64,000 bases of DNA from Balanoglossus misakiensis (taxonomy: Eukaryota > Animalia > Hemichordata). Under the pieces are notes generated by a model that was not told the DNA's origin, made no database searches, and saw only the letters and a program-made list of their open reading frames with translations. Where the stretch lies: positions 1,912,783 to 1,976,782 of the forward strand of contig CM082580.2 in assembly GCA_040954595.2 (NCBI GenBank), read 5' to 3'. Positions 33,589 to 48,370 of this stretch are shown piece after piece. The number at the start of each line of letters is the position of its first letter. Positions within the stretch are counted from its first letter, which is position 1. The position numbers were made by a program, and so were the translations under genes.

Positions 33589-36500
33589 TTTTTAGGGTTT
33601 CGAGACCCTCTGGTCTCGAAACCCTCTTGAAATCGTGTTGTTTTTTATTAGGGCCCAAGCGCATGCAAGCGCTTGGGCCCTATTGGTTTCGTTGGAATTT
33701 TTTACGGGCCCAAGCCAAGCCAGGCTTGGGCCCGTATTGGTTTCGTTGGAATTTTACTTTCTTTCTTTATTCTTGTGTCAATTCTTTGACCCACGAGATC
33801 TCAGACACCGCTGCAGGTACACTTCTGAAACTTGCTACAGTGGTCAAAGTCAATGAGTAGTCGTGCATTGAACCCTTGAATTTTTAATTAGTCACGTGAC
33901 CTGGCGGCCATATTGGATTTTCTGAAAATCTTTAAATGGCTTCTTCTCAAAAACCACAGGGCCAATCAAGTTCAAAGTTGGTGTATGGTACACATGTCCT
34001 TTGCCCTTCAAAGTTTGACAATAAAATCCTGAGCGGTCACGTGACTTTGGCCGCCATATTGGATTTTCGAAAAAGTACAGTAAAATCTTCAAAAATCTTC
34101 TTCTCCAGAACCGGCTATAACCGAGTCATGGGATTTAGGGTATGACATCACCTAACTGATGTTTATCAAGTTTGCGAAGAGCGTTGTGATTGGTCGAAGA
34201 TTATGGCGGCCATATTGGATTTTGTAAAAACCAGCGAAAATTAATAAATCATTTTTCTAGTCTAAAAATAGATAGCATACAAATTCTTTTTATGGATATG
34301 AGTCGTCATATGACTAGAATATGTTGCAAATATTTTGGCAATTTTCACATGACCTTTGACCTACTTTTTTAAGAACCTGCATATATGCATATATAGCTCA
34401 TACTACGTGTTCTAAATGTACCAGAGTTTTGATTTTTGTGCACATTGGTATCACCCCTGCCAGGACCTACCCCAAATATTTTGGTAATTTTGGCAATGAC
34501 CTTTGACCTACTTTTGACACATAGTTTTTTTTTCTGCATATCTAATTCCAGGCTAACCTATAGGGCTATCATTTTGGTTTTTGATGTATGTGGATTTGTA
34601 TGTGATCAAAAAATTTTGCTACTTTTCATGACCCCTTTGACCTCTGCTGACCTCATTAAATATGTGCATACTTAATTACAGATGAACCAATAGACCTAGA
34701 GGTTTGGTTTTTGTTGGACATGAACCAGTATTGGGTCAATTTTTTTTGCCCAAATGTTGGGTGACCTTTGACCTACTTTTGCATATCTCGACATCCACAG
34801 CAGATACAGCCTTGGCGTTTGGAGGTATGGGGCCATAATGAAAAGCCAAAGTTTTGGGTCACCTGTGACACCTGCTTAACTCATTATTTATGTACATACC
34901 TAATTCCGGGCTAACCAAAAGGGCTAGAGGTCTGGTTTTTGTTGGACATGGACCACTATGCGTCAAAATTTTCTGCCCAAATTGTGGGTGACCTCTGACC
35001 TACTTAACACTATATCAACACCAAACATAGATATAACCTTGATATTTCATGGGATAAAACACAGCATTATGTTTCTACTCATTAATTATGTGCATATCTA
35101 ATAATCAGATCAGATAATAGAGCTTGGGCCCGGACAATGCTGCTGGCAGCTTTAATTAGGGCCCAAGCGCATACCAGCGCTTGGGCCCTATTGGTTTCGT
35201 TGGGGTTTTTTAGGGCCCAAGCGCAAGCCAGCGCTTGGGCCCTATTGGTTTCGTTGGGGTTTTTACGGGCCCAAGCCAAGCCAGGCTTGGGCCCGTATTG
35301 GTTTCGTTGGAATTTTACTTTCTTTCTTAGGGCCCAAGCCAAGCCAGGCTTGGGCCCTATTGGTTTCGTTGGTATTTTTCAGTCTTTCTTTCTTTCTTTC
35401 TTTCTTTATTCTTATGTCAATTCTTTGTCGCTCTAGATCTCAGACACCACTGCAGGTACAGTTTTCAAACTTGCTACAGTGGTCAAGGTCAATGAGTAGT
35501 CATGCATTGAACCCATGAATTTTTAATTAGTCACGTGACCTGGCGGCCATATTGGATTTTCTGAAAAAATGCAAATCTCAGATCTCAGAAACTACAAGTC
35601 AGATCGACTTCAAATTTGGCGTGCAGGTAGACTACCTTCTGTCAATCATTTTTGTAATTGGAAATTATGCTGACAAAGTTGCAGTTTTTTTGCTACAATT
35701 TTTTTTCTGAAATCTGGCTTAAATTTCAAAAATCTTCTTCTCCAGAACCAGTGATAACCGAGACACAGGGTTTTGGGTATGTGGTCACCTAACTGATGTC
35801 TATCAAGTTTGCGAAGATCATTGTGATTGGTCGAAGATTACGGCGGCCATATTGGATTTTCGAAAAACCCTAGTAAAATTTCAAAAATCTTCTTCTCAAG
35901 AACCGGCTATAACCGAGTCACAAGATTTGGTGTGTGTGGTCATTAAACAGATGTCTAACAAGTTTGCGAAGGGGAATGTGATTGGTCGAAGATTATGGCG
36001 GCCATATTGGATTTTGTGAAAAACGATTAAAAAGAAAAAATTCCCTTTCTAGCCTAAAAATTGATAGCACAGAAATTCTTTTTATGGATATTAATCATCA
36101 TATGCCAAGAATGAGCTATAAATATTTTGGTAATTTTGGCAATGACCTTTGACCTACTTTTGACGCATCATTTTTCTGCATATCTAATTCCAGGCTAACC
36201 AATAGGGCTATAAGTTTGGTTTTTGATGTTTGTGGATAAGTGTGTGATCAAAATATTTTGCTACTTTTCATGACCCCTTTGACCCCTGCTGACCTCATTA
36301 ATTATGTGCATAGCTAATTACAGGCAAACCAATAGACCTAGAGGTTTTGTTTTTGTTGGACAGGACAAGTATGGGGTCAAATTTTTTTACCCAAATGTTG
36401 GGTGACCTCTGGTGACCTTTGACCTACTTTCGCAAATCTCAGCATCCACAGCAGATACAGCCTTGGCGTTTGGAGGTATGGGGCCATAATGAAAAGCCAA

Positions 36501-39500
36501 AGTTTTTGGTCACCTGTGACACCTGCTTAACTCATTATTTATGTGCATACCTAATTCCGGGCTAACCAAAAGGGGTAGAGGTCTGTTTTTTGTTGGACAT
36601 GAACCAGTATGGGTCAAAATGTTCTGCCAAAATTATGGGTGACCCCTGGGTGACCTTTGACCTACTTAACACTATATCAGCACCAAACAGATATAACCTT
36701 GATATTTCATGGGATAAAACACAGCATTATGTTTCTACTCATTAATTATGTGCATATCTTATAATCAGATCAGATAATAAAGCTTGGGCCCGGACAATGC
36801 TGCTTGCAGCTTTAATTTCTTTCTTTCTTTATTCTTGTGTCAATTCTTTGACCCACGAGATCTCAGACACCGCTGCAATTACACTTCTGAAACTTGCTAC
36901 AGTGGTCAAGGTCAATGAGTAGTCGTGCATTGAACCCTTGAATTTTTAATTAGTCACGTGACCTGGCAGCCATCTTGGATTTTCTAAAAAAATGCAAATC
37001 TCAGATCTCAGAAACTACAAGTCAGATCGACTTCAAATTTGGCATGCTGGTAGACTACCTTCTGCCCATCATTTTTGTAATTGGAAATTATGCTGACAAA
37101 GTTGCAGTTTTTTGCTACAATTTTTTTTCTGAAATCTGGCTTAAATTTCAAAAATCTTCTTCTCCAGAACCGGCAATAACCGAGACACAGGGTTTGGTGT
37201 ATGTGGTCACCTACCTGATGTCTATCAAGTTTGCGAAGATCATTGTGATTGGTCGAAGATTTTGGCGGCCATATTGGATTTTCGAAAAACCCTAGTAAAA
37301 TTTCAAAAATCTTCTTCTCAAGAACCGGCAATAACTGAGTCACAAGATTTGGTGTGTGTGGTCATTAAACAGATGTCTATCAAGTTTGCTAAGAGGAATG
37401 TGATTGGTCGAAGATTATGGCGGCCATATTGGATGTTGTGAAAAACGATTAAAAAGTAAAAATTCCCTTTCTTGCCTAAAAATTGATAGCACATAAATTC
37501 TTTTCAAGGATATGAATCATCATATGACAAGAATAAGCTGTAAATATTTTGGTAATTTTGACAATGACCTTTGACCTACTTTTGACGCATCATTTTTCTG
37601 CATATCTAATTCCAGGCTAACCAATAGGGCTATAAGTTTGGTTTTTGATGTATGTGGATTTGTATGTGATCAAAAAAATTTGATACTTTTCATGACCCCT
37701 TTGACCTCTGCTGACCTCATTAAATATGCACATACCTAATTACAGATGAACCAATAGACATAGAGATTTTGTTTTTGTTATACATGGACCAATATGGGGT
37801 CAAAATATTTTGCCCAAATGTTGGGTGACCTCGGGTGACCTTTGACCTACTTTTGCATATCTTGACATCGACAGCAGATACAGCCTTGGCGTTTGGAGGT
37901 ATGGGGCCATAATGAAAAGCCAAAGTTTTTGGTCACCTGTGACACCTGCTTAACTCATTATTTATGTGCATACCTAATTCCGGGCTAACCAAAAGGGCTA
38001 GAGATCTGGTTTTTGTTGGACTTGGACCACTATGGGTCAAAATTTTCTGCCCAAATTGTGGGTTACCTCTGGGTGACATTTGACCTACTTAACACTATAT
38101 CAACACCAAACATAGATATAAACTTGATATTTCATGGGATAAAACACAGCATTATGTTTCTACTCATTAATTATGTGCATATCTAATAATCAGATCAGAT
38201 AATAGAGCTTGGGCCCGGACAATGCTGCTTGCAGCTTTAATTCTGTCTTTCCTTCTTTCTTTCTTTCTTCTTTCTTTATTCTTCTGTCAATTCTTTGTCG
38301 CTCTAGATCTCAGACACCACTGCAGGTACAGTTCTCAAACTTGCTACAGTGGTCAAGGTCAATGAGTAGTCGTGCATTGAACCCATGAATTTTTAATTAG
38401 TCACATGACCTGGCGGCCATCTTGGATTTTCTGAAAAAATGCAAATCTCAGATCTCAGAAACTACAAGTCAGATCAACTTCAAATTTGGCGTGCAGGTAG
38501 ACTACTTTCTGTCAATCATTTTTGTAATTGGAAATTATGCTGACAAAGTTGCAGTTTTTTTGCTACAATTTTTTTTCTGAAATCTGGCTTAAATTTCAAA
38601 AATCTTCTTCTCCAGAACCGGTGATAACCGAGACACGGGGTTTGGGGTATGTGGTCACCTAACTGATGTCTATCAAGTTTGCGAAGATCATTGTGATTAG
38701 TCGAAGATTATGGCGGCCATATTGGATTTTCGAAAAACCATAGTTAAACTCCAAAAATCTTCTTCTCCAGAACGGGCGATAACTGAGTTGCAAGATTCGG
38801 GGAGTATGGTCACTACACTGATGTCTATCAAGTTTGCAAAGAGCATTGTGATTGGTCGAAGATTATGGCGGCCATATTGGATTTTGTAAAAAGCAGTGAA
38901 AAATTGAAATTCCTTTTTCTAGTCTAAAAATTGATAGCATACAAATTCTTTTTATGGATATCAATCGTCATGTGACTAAAATATGTTACAATTTTTTGTC
39001 GATTTTTTACATGACCTTTGACCTACTTATCACGCGTTATTATTTCTGCATATCTAATTCCAGGCTAACCTATAGGGCTAGACGTTTGGTTTTTGATGAA
39101 TGTGGATTAGTGTGTGATCAAAATATTTTGCTACTTTTCATGACCCCTTTGACCTCAGCTGACCTCATTAATTATGTACATAGCTAATTACAGGCGAACC
39201 AATAGAGCTAGAGGTTTGGTTTATCTTGGACATGGAACAGTATGGGATCAAAATGGTTTGCCCAAATATTGGGTGACCTCTGGTGACCTTTGACCTACTT
39301 TCGCATATCTCAGCATCCAGAGCAGATACAGCCTTGGCATTTGGAAGGATGGTACCAAAATATAAAGCCACATTTTTGGGTCACCTGTGACACCTGTTGA
39401 CCTCATTAAATATGCACATACCTAATTACAGGCGAACCAATAGAGCTAGAGTTTTGGTTTTTGTTGGACATGGACCAGTATGGGTCAAAAAATTTTGCCC

Positions 39501-42500
39501 AAATGTTGGGTGACCTCAGGTGACCTTTGACCTACTTTCGGAGATCTCGGCATCCAAAGCAGATACAGCCTTGGCATTTGGCAGGATGGTACCAAAATAT
39601 AAAGCCACATTTTTGGGTCACCTGTGACACCTGTTGACCTCATTAATTATGCACATACCTAATTACAGGCGAACCAATAGAGCTAGAGTTTTGGTTTTTG
39701 TTGGACATGGACCAGTATGGGTCAAAAAATTTTGCCCAAATGTTGGGTGACCTCAGGTGACCTTTGACCTACTTTCGGAGATCTCGGCATCCAAAGCAGA
39801 TACAGCCTTGGCGTTTGGCAGGATGGGAACAAAATGTACAGCCAAATTTTGGGGTCACCTGTGACACCTGCTGACCTCATTAAATATGCGCAAACCTAAT
39901 TACATGCTAACCAATAGACCTAGAGTTTTGGTCTTTGTTAGACATGGACCAGTATGGGGTCAAAATTTTTTGCCCGAATGTCTGGTGACCTTTGGTGACC
40001 TTTGACCTACTTTCGCATATCTCAACATCCAGAGCAGATACAGCCTTGGCATTTGGCAGGATGGGATCTAAATGTATAACCAAATTTTTCGGTCACCTGT
40101 GACACCTGCTGACCTCATTAAATATGCACATACCTAATAACAGGCGAACCAATAGAGCTAGAGTTTTGGTTTTTGTTGGACATAGACCAATATGGGTCAA
40201 AAAATTTTGCCCAAATGTTGGGTGACCTCAGGTGACCTTTGACCTACTTTACCCTATTTCAGCAGCAAAAATACACACGTCCTTGTTATGTCATGAGATA
40301 ATACAGCCGATAGAAAATTCTGTTTCTTCTTATTCATACTGTGCATATATAAATCAAGATCAGCGCTTGGGCCCGACAATGCTGCTCGCAGCTTTAATCT
40401 TTCTTTCTTTATTCTTCTGTCATTTCTTTGTCGCTCTAGATCTCAGACACCACTGCAGGTACAGTTCTCAAACTTGCTACAGTGGTCAAGGTCAATGAGT
40501 AGTCGTGCATTGAACCCATGAATTTTTAATTAGTCACATGACCTGGCGGCCATCTTGGATTTTCTGAAAAAATGCAAATCTCAGATCTCAGAAACTACAA
40601 GTCAGATCGACTTCAAATTTGGCGTGCAGGTAGACTACCTTCTGTCAAACATTTTTGTAATTGGAAATTATGCTGTCAATGTTGCAGTTTTTTTGCTACA
40701 ATTTTTTTTCTGAAATCTGGCTTAAATTTCAAAAATCTTCTTCTCCAGAACCGGTGATAACCGAGACACGGGGTGTGGGGTAGGTGGTCACCTAACTGAT
40801 GTCTATCAAGTTTGCGAAGATCATTGTGATTGGTCGAAGATTATGGCGGCCATATTGGATTTTCGAAAAACCCTAGTAAAATTTCAAAAATCTTCTTCTC
40901 GAGAACCGGCGATAACCGAATCACAAGATTTTGTGTGTGTGGTCATTCAACATATGTCTATCAAGTTTGCGAAGAGGAATGTGATTGGTCGAAGATTATG
41001 GCGGCCATATTGGATTTTGTGAAAAACGATTAAAAAGTAAAAATTCCCTTTCTAGCCCAAAAATTGATAGCACAGAAATTCTTTTTATGGATATGAATCA
41101 TCATATGACTACAATGTGCTATAAATATTTTGGTAATTTTGGCAATGACCTTTGACCTACTTTTGACGCTTCATTTTTCTGCATATCTTATTCCAGGCTA
41201 ACCAATAGGGCTATAAGTTTGGTTTTTGATGTATGTGGATTTGTATGTGATCAAAAAAATTTGATACTTTTCATGACCCCTTTGACCTCTGCTGACCTCA
41301 TTAAATATGCACATACCTAATTACAGATGAACCAATAGACATAGAGATTTTGTTTTTGTTGGGCAGGACCAGTATGGGGTCAAATGTTTTTACCCAAATG
41401 TTGGGTGACCTCTGGTGACCTTTGACCTACTTTCGCAAATCTCAGCATCCACAGCAGATACAGCCTTGGCGTTTGGAGGTATTGGGCCATAATGAAAAGC
41501 CAAAGTTTTGGGTCACCTGTGACACCTGCTTAACTCATTATTTATGTGCATACCTAATTCCGGGCTAACCAAAAAAGCTAGAGGTCTGGTTTTTGTTGGA
41601 CATGGACCACTATGGGTCAAAATTTTCTGCCCAAATTGTGGGTGACCTCTGGGTGACCTTTGACCTACTTAACACTATATCAGCACTAAACATAGATATA
41701 ATCTTGATATTTCATGGGATAAAACACAACATTATGTTTCTACTCATTAATTATGTGCATATCTAATAATCAGATCAGATAATAGAGCTTGGGCCCGGAC
41801 AATGCTGCTTGCAGCTTTAATCTTTCTTTCTTTCTTTCTTTATTCTTGTGTCAATTCTTTGGGCAACGAGATCTCAGACACCGCTGCAGGTACACTTCTC
41901 AAACTTGCTACAGTGGTCAAGGTCAATGAGTAGATGTGCAGTGACTTGTGAATACTTAATTAGTCACGTGACCTGGCGGCCATATTGGATTTTCTGAAAA
42001 AAATCAAATCTCAGATCTCAGAAACTACAAGTCAGATCGACTTCAAATTTAGCATGCAGGTAGACTACCTTCTACCCATCATTTGTGTAATTGGAAATTT
42101 TGCTGTCAATGTTTGTTGTTTTTCTCAAACTGGCTTAAATTTCAAAAATCTTCTTCTCCAGAACCAGTGATAACCGAGACACGGGGTTTGGGGTATGTGG
42201 TCACCTAACTGATGTCTATCAAGTTTGCGAAGATCATTGTGATTGGTTGAAGATTATGGCGGCCATATTGGATTTTCGAAAAACCATAGTAAAACTGCAA
42301 AAATCTTCTTCTCCAGAACGACCGATGACTGAGTCGCAAGATTCGGGGAGTATGGTCACTACACTGATGTCTATCAAGTTTGCAAAGAGCATTGTGATTG
42401 GTCGAAGATTATGGCGGCCATATTGGATTTTGTAAAAAGCAGTGACAAATTGAAATTCCTTTTTCTAGTCTAAAAATTGATAGCATACAAATTCTTTTTA

Positions 42501-44877
42501 TGGATATCAGTCGTCATGTGACTAAAATATGCTACAATTTTTTGGTGATTTTTCACATGACCTTTGACCTACTTATCATGCGTTATTATTTCTGCATATC
42601 TAATTCCAGGCTAACCTATAGGGCTAGAGGTTTGGTTTTTGATGAATGTGGATTAGTGTGTGATCAAAATATTTTGCTACTTTTCATGACCCCTTTGACC
42701 TCTGCTGACCTCATTAATTATGTGCATAGCTAATTTCAGGCGAACCAATAGAGCTAGAGGTTTGATTTTTGTTGGACATGGACCAGTATGGGATCAAAAT
42801 TTTTGCCCAAATTTTGGGTGACCTCTGGTGACCTTTGACCTACTTTCGCATATCTCAGCATCCAGAGCAGATACAGCCATGGCATTTGGCAGGATGGGAC
42901 CAAAATGTAAAGCACATTTTTTGGTCACCTGTTACACCTGCTGACCTCATTAAATATGCACATACCTAATTACAGGCGAACCAATAGAGCTAGAGTTTTG
43001 GTTTTTGTTGGACATGGACCAGTATGGGTAAAAAAAAAATTGCCCAAATGTTGGGTGACCTCAGGTGACCTTTGACCTACTTCACCCTATTTCAGCAGCA
43101 AAAATACATACGTCCTTGTTATGTCATGAGATAATACACCCGATAGAAAATTATATTTCTTCTCATTCATACTGTGCATATATAATTCGAGATCAGCGCT
43201 TGGGCCCGACAATGCTGCTTGCAGCTTTAATTATTATTATTATTATTATTATTCTTCCCACTCTTAAAAACAGCCGCTATTCGAAGACCGTTGCACCCAA
43301 TGACTTGAAATTTGGCTCATAGGTAAATCTCAAAGCAAGTAATTTTCTGATCATGTAACTATGGCAACAGGTCACATGACCTGGCAGCCATCTTGGATTG
43401 AAAGTTTAAAATTGATCTCATTTGCATAAAAAATGACGAATCAAAATTCTTTGAACAAACTTTGTGGACCATATGGCCAGGGTCCTATATGCAAAATTTC
43501 AATGTTCAAATCTTTGCCGATTTTGAGGAGATGATTTTTAAAGCATTATTTTTCATATTTTTCAAGACCATTGGACCCAGCCTTAGGCCTATACTTTCCA
43601 TAGTTAAGCTATGGCCACCTAGGATCTTAGATTTATGCCCAATATCTCAACATCCGCTGGGCTGATGTGCTTCAAATTTATTGTGCAGCTAGCCTACCTT
43701 CCAACAATCAGTTCCAACTGGAAAAAATAATATGAAAAATCGACCGATTTTTTTATATTAATTTTTTTATGAAATCTATACCTATACGTATTCCACTATA
43801 GTTAAGCTATGGCCAAGTCGTTTTGTAGAATTCTGATTGGTGCAATAGTCCTATCGGCCAGTGTGCAGCATAGGACCACAAAAAGAAGCCAAATTAATTC
43901 AAGGGTCACCTGTGACACCTGCCTAACTCATTAATTATGTGCATACCTAATTCGAGGCAAACCAATAGGGCTACAGGTCTGATTTTTGTTAGACATGGAC
44001 CAGTATGGGGTCAAATTATCCCCCAAAATTTGGGGTGACCTTGAGTGACCTTTGACCTTCTTCCGCATATCTCGGCATCCAGAGCAGGTACAGCTTAGGT
44101 GTTTGGGTGGATGGTACCAAAATAAGAAGCCAAATTCAAGGGTCACCTGTGACACCTGCCTAACTCATTAATTATGTGCATACCTAATTCCAGGCAAACC
44201 AATAGGGCTACAGGTCTGATTTTTGTTGGACATGAACCAGTATGGGGTCAAATTATCCCCCAAAATTTGGGGTGACCTTGGGTGACCTTTGACCTACTTC
44301 CTCATATCTTGGCATTTACAGCAGGTACAGCTTAGGTGTTTGGGTGGATGGTACCAAAATAAGAAGCCAAAATTTAAGGTCACCTGTGATTCCTGCCTAA
44401 CTCATTAATTATGTGCATACCTAATTCTAGGCGAACCAAGGGGGCTACAGGTCTGGTGTTTGTTGGATATGTACCACTATGGGGTCAAATGTTTTTGCCC
44501 ACATTTTGGGTGACCTTGGGTGACCTTTGACCTACTTCAGCATATCTCGGCATCCACAGCAGGTACAGCTTAGGTGTTTGGGAGGATGGTACCAAAATAA
44601 GTAGCCAAAATTTAGGACCACCTGTGACACCTGCCTAACTATGTGCATAACTAAGTACACACGAACCAATAGGGCTAGATGTGTGGTTTTTATTGGACAT
44701 GGACCAATATAGTGTCAAAATTTTCTGCTCATATTTAGGGTGACCTCACATGACGTTTGACCAATTTTCCCACATCCTCCACCCTGACTAATTAAATATG
44801 CAAATATCTATCTCCAGGCGAACCAATAGGGCTAGCAGTGTCTCGAAACCCGCTTATTGCTGTTCACAGCTATATTT
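33589..44877 (+). mobile_element. Outer Helentron-type non-autonomous element (HINE/DINE-like) containing six nested relatives
   Basis: 5' palindrome AGGGTTTCGAGACC-CTCT-GGTCTCGAAACCCT; 3' subterminal repeat GTCTCGAAACCC plus hairpin GCTGTTCACAGC-TATATTT; T-rich insertion site; its body resumes at about 43232 and has tandem subrepeats. Confidence 0.72.
33648..43231 (+). mobile_element. Six nested HINE-like elements (about 1.4-2.2 kb bodies), all in the same orientation
   Basis: Six heads GGGCCCAAGC..GCTTGGGCCC-TATTGGTTTCGTTGG (about 33648, 33703, 35157, 35211, 35264, 35327) and six tails GCTTGGGCCCG(G)ACAATGCTGC..GCAGCTTTAAT (about 35156, 36816, 38242, 40398, 41821, 43231). Confidence 0.85.
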
Positions 44878-46059
44878 GGGAAATGTATCAAAGTTTTTCA
44901 ACTGAAAGATTTAGTTGTGTGCTGTTTAAGTGCTGCAGCGCTCCGCGACCTCTGGTCACGGAACACCAGAGTGTCCACACTGCACTATCAAACTATTTTT
45001 TCCCAAAATTTGCTGATAAAGGATTGGCATGCTTGCCTGATCATGCATAAAAAACATTACTTCATATTATTTTTTAAGAAATAAATATTATTATTATTTA
45101 TCAAAATACTGAAAAATGCATACTACATGTATATTCAAGCAAATGTAAGTTTTTGTTTTCTTTGTCTTTTTTTCTCTGACCTCTTTGTCACACGTTTGGT
45201 AATCTCTTGAGTCTATGGATAAACACAATATTGCAGAAACAATGTTTTGATAACATAAATAAAATAAAAAATATCAAAAAATGCATTCTAAGCACATAAA
45301 TGATTCTTTGATATAGAATGTTTCATAAAGGTTAAATATAAAACATATAAATAATTCAACAGAATAAACGTTAACTATAAAACATGAAAAAGGTTAAATA
45401 TAAAACATATAAATACTTTAACAGTATATAAATACTTTAACTTGTACAGTCATTTCCAACAGTTGTTACAAGAGGGAGAAGGACAGCCGGATCATGGCGG
45501 AATGCTCCCAGCAGATACCTATATTAGCACATACACATGTAGAACTGAACTACCTGAACTGTTGTTAATTCACAGAAATATATTTTCACCAACAAAGTTT
45601 GATAATCATTTTGACTTTTAACGATGCCTGTCCAAATTACACAATGCTACTTGGTGGTTACTGGTTATGGGTGAGCTTTTACGGTAATCATTATTTAGTT
45701 GTGACTTTGAGATTGTTTTGTTGTTTCACCCTTTTCAATCCATCAACTGATGATCACCTACAATGTAGCAGGGTGAACCTGGAGTTGAAAGGTCTTCTAC
45801 TACACTACTGTATTGATATGTAGTTGTTCCGGTTTTAGGGGGGGGGCAGTCGAAATTTCTGTGTTGGAAGGGGGGGGGGGTTTCTCAAAATCTGCATGCT
45901 TGGCAGGGGGGGTTTCTCAAAATTTTGGAGTTTCTAGTGTAATTCCTCCGACCCCCCCCCCCCCCCCCCAAGGCCGTAAATAATGACGGCTCCCTAACAG
46001 CGGCCTTTGGAAAACTTACACAATTTCATTTTCCAACCTAATTTTCCACCGTCTTTGTT

Positions 46060-46600
46060 TCTCATACTTCTGGCCGCTGGGAGTGTGGGATAGAGAGTGT
46101 GGGATCAAATTGATCCCACACCCTGTGTTAATGCGCACACACACAGCTGTTATCTGACACGAGCTCTGATTGGATAATGATATTCATACCCCTCAGAACG
46201 AGCAATTATTATCCAATTGTGTGTATTTTCTAGATATCACGTGAATTAATGCCACTGGAAACAATCTCCATATTTTAATGTGTTAAGCACATTTTTATAG
46301 CATGCGTGTACTGTAAACTCGTGATGAAATGGGGACTATGTTTTGCGGGGCGGATCAATATATGACTGGTCATGCAGTTCTCAGTTGGTATTTTATAAAT
46401 TTAGTTCTTTTATTGTAAATAAACGCTAATATCGCAAATTTCTGGTCGTGTGAGAAAAAGAATCTCACAGACCAAGGACCTGGGATCATATTTCTCACAT
46501 CGTCGGGGATATTTTGTCCTGCGGCTCATGTGGAACAGAAAATCCCCAACTCGTGTGAGAAATACGATCCCGGGTCCTTGGGAGTGTGAGATTCTATTAT
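46060..46600. mobile_element. Diverged relative of the hairpin element at 7159-7538
   Basis: Shares CCAAGGACCTGGGATCATATTTCTCACA ... AAAATCCCCAACTCGTGTGAGAAATACGATCCC.GGTCCTTGGGAGTGTGAGATTCTATT. Confidence 0.7.
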
Positions 46601-46944
46601 CCCTCCGTTGTGGCTATTTTTTCAGTATTTTTTCCTGTATAGTATAATTTACCTGGGACAAAATAGAGTATATAATAATCCGTCACGTTTAAAGAAACAA
46701 GTCCACTTTATGCGTGTTTAAGTCGCTTTATTGATAAGTTATATAAAATCACATTTACGATTATTTAACAGGAGAGCTATTTTTTGTGTTTACTTCTTCG
46801 CTATGTACGGAGCGCCAAGTGTTTCAAAATTATTTATCATTATTTTATAGAAAATTGATTTCTTTTAACAAAAAATACGTAAAAAACACAAAAAACTGAT
46901 TGGTGGTTTAAAAAACAACGAGTGTAAAAAGTAATCCATCGTGG

Positions 46945-46981
<37 letters not shown>

Positions 46982-47499
46982 AACACACACAGAAGAAAAT
47001 CTCACCTGTTGTCAAAAAAAACCCACCAAGCCTACCAAAAAAAAACGTCCACAAGGCAGTTGCAAAAAAAAATCACTTATTTGTCACAAAAAAACCACGC
47101 GCACATTTTTCACGAAAAACGCACACTTCATCCCCACAAAAAATACACACAAAGTATTAAAAAGAACGCTCTTTGAAAAAAAGAGAGACTACAACTTGAA
47201 AAAAATGCACACCCCCAGAACAAACAACACAGGCAAACATAGAAAAAACACGAACATGTTAGCCATAAAAAACGGAGATATTTGTCACCGAAAAAAACCC
47301 GCACTCATGTCACCCCAAAACTAACGGGCCGCTTTAAAAAACGCAGATGCACTGAGGTTGCAAAAATAAGCACATTTTTAATCCCCCGAAAAAAAAACAC
47401 AGCCAATTTGAAAAAAAAAAACGCAAGTAGTAATGTGGGTTCATTGGCGCCACATTACCATAAATTAGCACAAATTAGCATAATTAACATAATTACCAT

Positions 47500-47692
47500 G
47501 TTTACATATTCATGACAATTTTATAAACCACATTAACATATATCTGCATATTTACATATTCATGAGAATTTTATAAACCACATTAACATACATCTGCATA
47601 TTTACATATTCATGAGAATTTTATAAACCACATTAACATACATCTGCATATTTTTACATATTCATGAGGATTTTATAAACCACATTAACATA
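47500..47692. repeat. 50-bp AT-rich tandem repeat, about 4 copies, in the putative Polinton TIR
   Basis: TTATAAACCACATTAACATA at 47521, 47571, 47621 and 47673. Confidence 0.9.
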
Positions 47693-48037
47693 CTCCGGTA
47701 TTTAATTGAAACATGCGAGAATAGTTTACAGCGCAACCAATAATTTTATCCGGTAATCATTCCAGACACTGTTTAACAACCAGTCGTGTTTATTATCTAG
47801 CGCCGGTTGTAACATGTCAACTTACGTTTGTAAAAAGGATTTAATCATTGCGGGTCGGCAAGAGGGTTACAAAGAAGCGGTAAACAAGCTTAGGCTACAC
47901 CTTACCGTTTTATTACACCACACATTGTCATGTACGCATTTCTGTTTGTGAAACGGATACAATCATTCTGCGTGTTGACACCTTATACAGTGTTTATTAC
48001 ACATCCCCACTGATATGTACTAATCCCTGTTTGTGAA

Positions 48038-48256
48038 ATGGATTCCGTGATTGTGGTTGATGAATTAGAAAGAGCCGATCGCCATGCTTTCTTGAAAATA
48101 CTGTTTTTATACTGCAAACACATGGCATCCGGTCAAACAGAGCAAGAATTGTTGACAACTTTTTGGAGGAGCGCATTTAACTTCTTAAGACCACCCCCAT
48201 CCACCGAGGAAATGAATGATATTGTGGGAGACAATTCACCGTCAGTCAATAATTAA
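48038..48256 (+). CDS. Small hypothetical ORF (72 aa) in the Polinton-like region
   Basis: ATG-initiated, protein-like composition, no recognised motif. Confidence 0.35.
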   Translation: MDSVIVVDELERADRHAFLKILFLYCKHMASGQTEQELLTTFWRSAFNFLRPPPSTEEMNDIVGDNSPSVNN

Positions 48257-48370
48257 CCTACCGAGCGACACGCGTATAAATTCACGATCATTTCTAAGAC
48301 CCGTCATTAACAATCAGGTATATCATTTTGCCTTCGCAAAACCGAACTACCCACAACTTTACCAAACACC

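Larger units (their letters stand above)
33458..45994. mobile_element. PIF/Harbinger-like non-autonomous TIR element inflated by nested insertions
   Basis: TAA|GGGAGCCGTCATTATTTATGGCC(G)n ... (C)nAAGGCCGTAAATAATGACGGCTCCC|TAA. Confidence 0.82.

Noticed and set aside
33648-43231. Simple tandem segmental duplication and its many short ORFs
   Set aside because: Head and tail order shows nesting; the ORFs are not conserved in frame between bodies.
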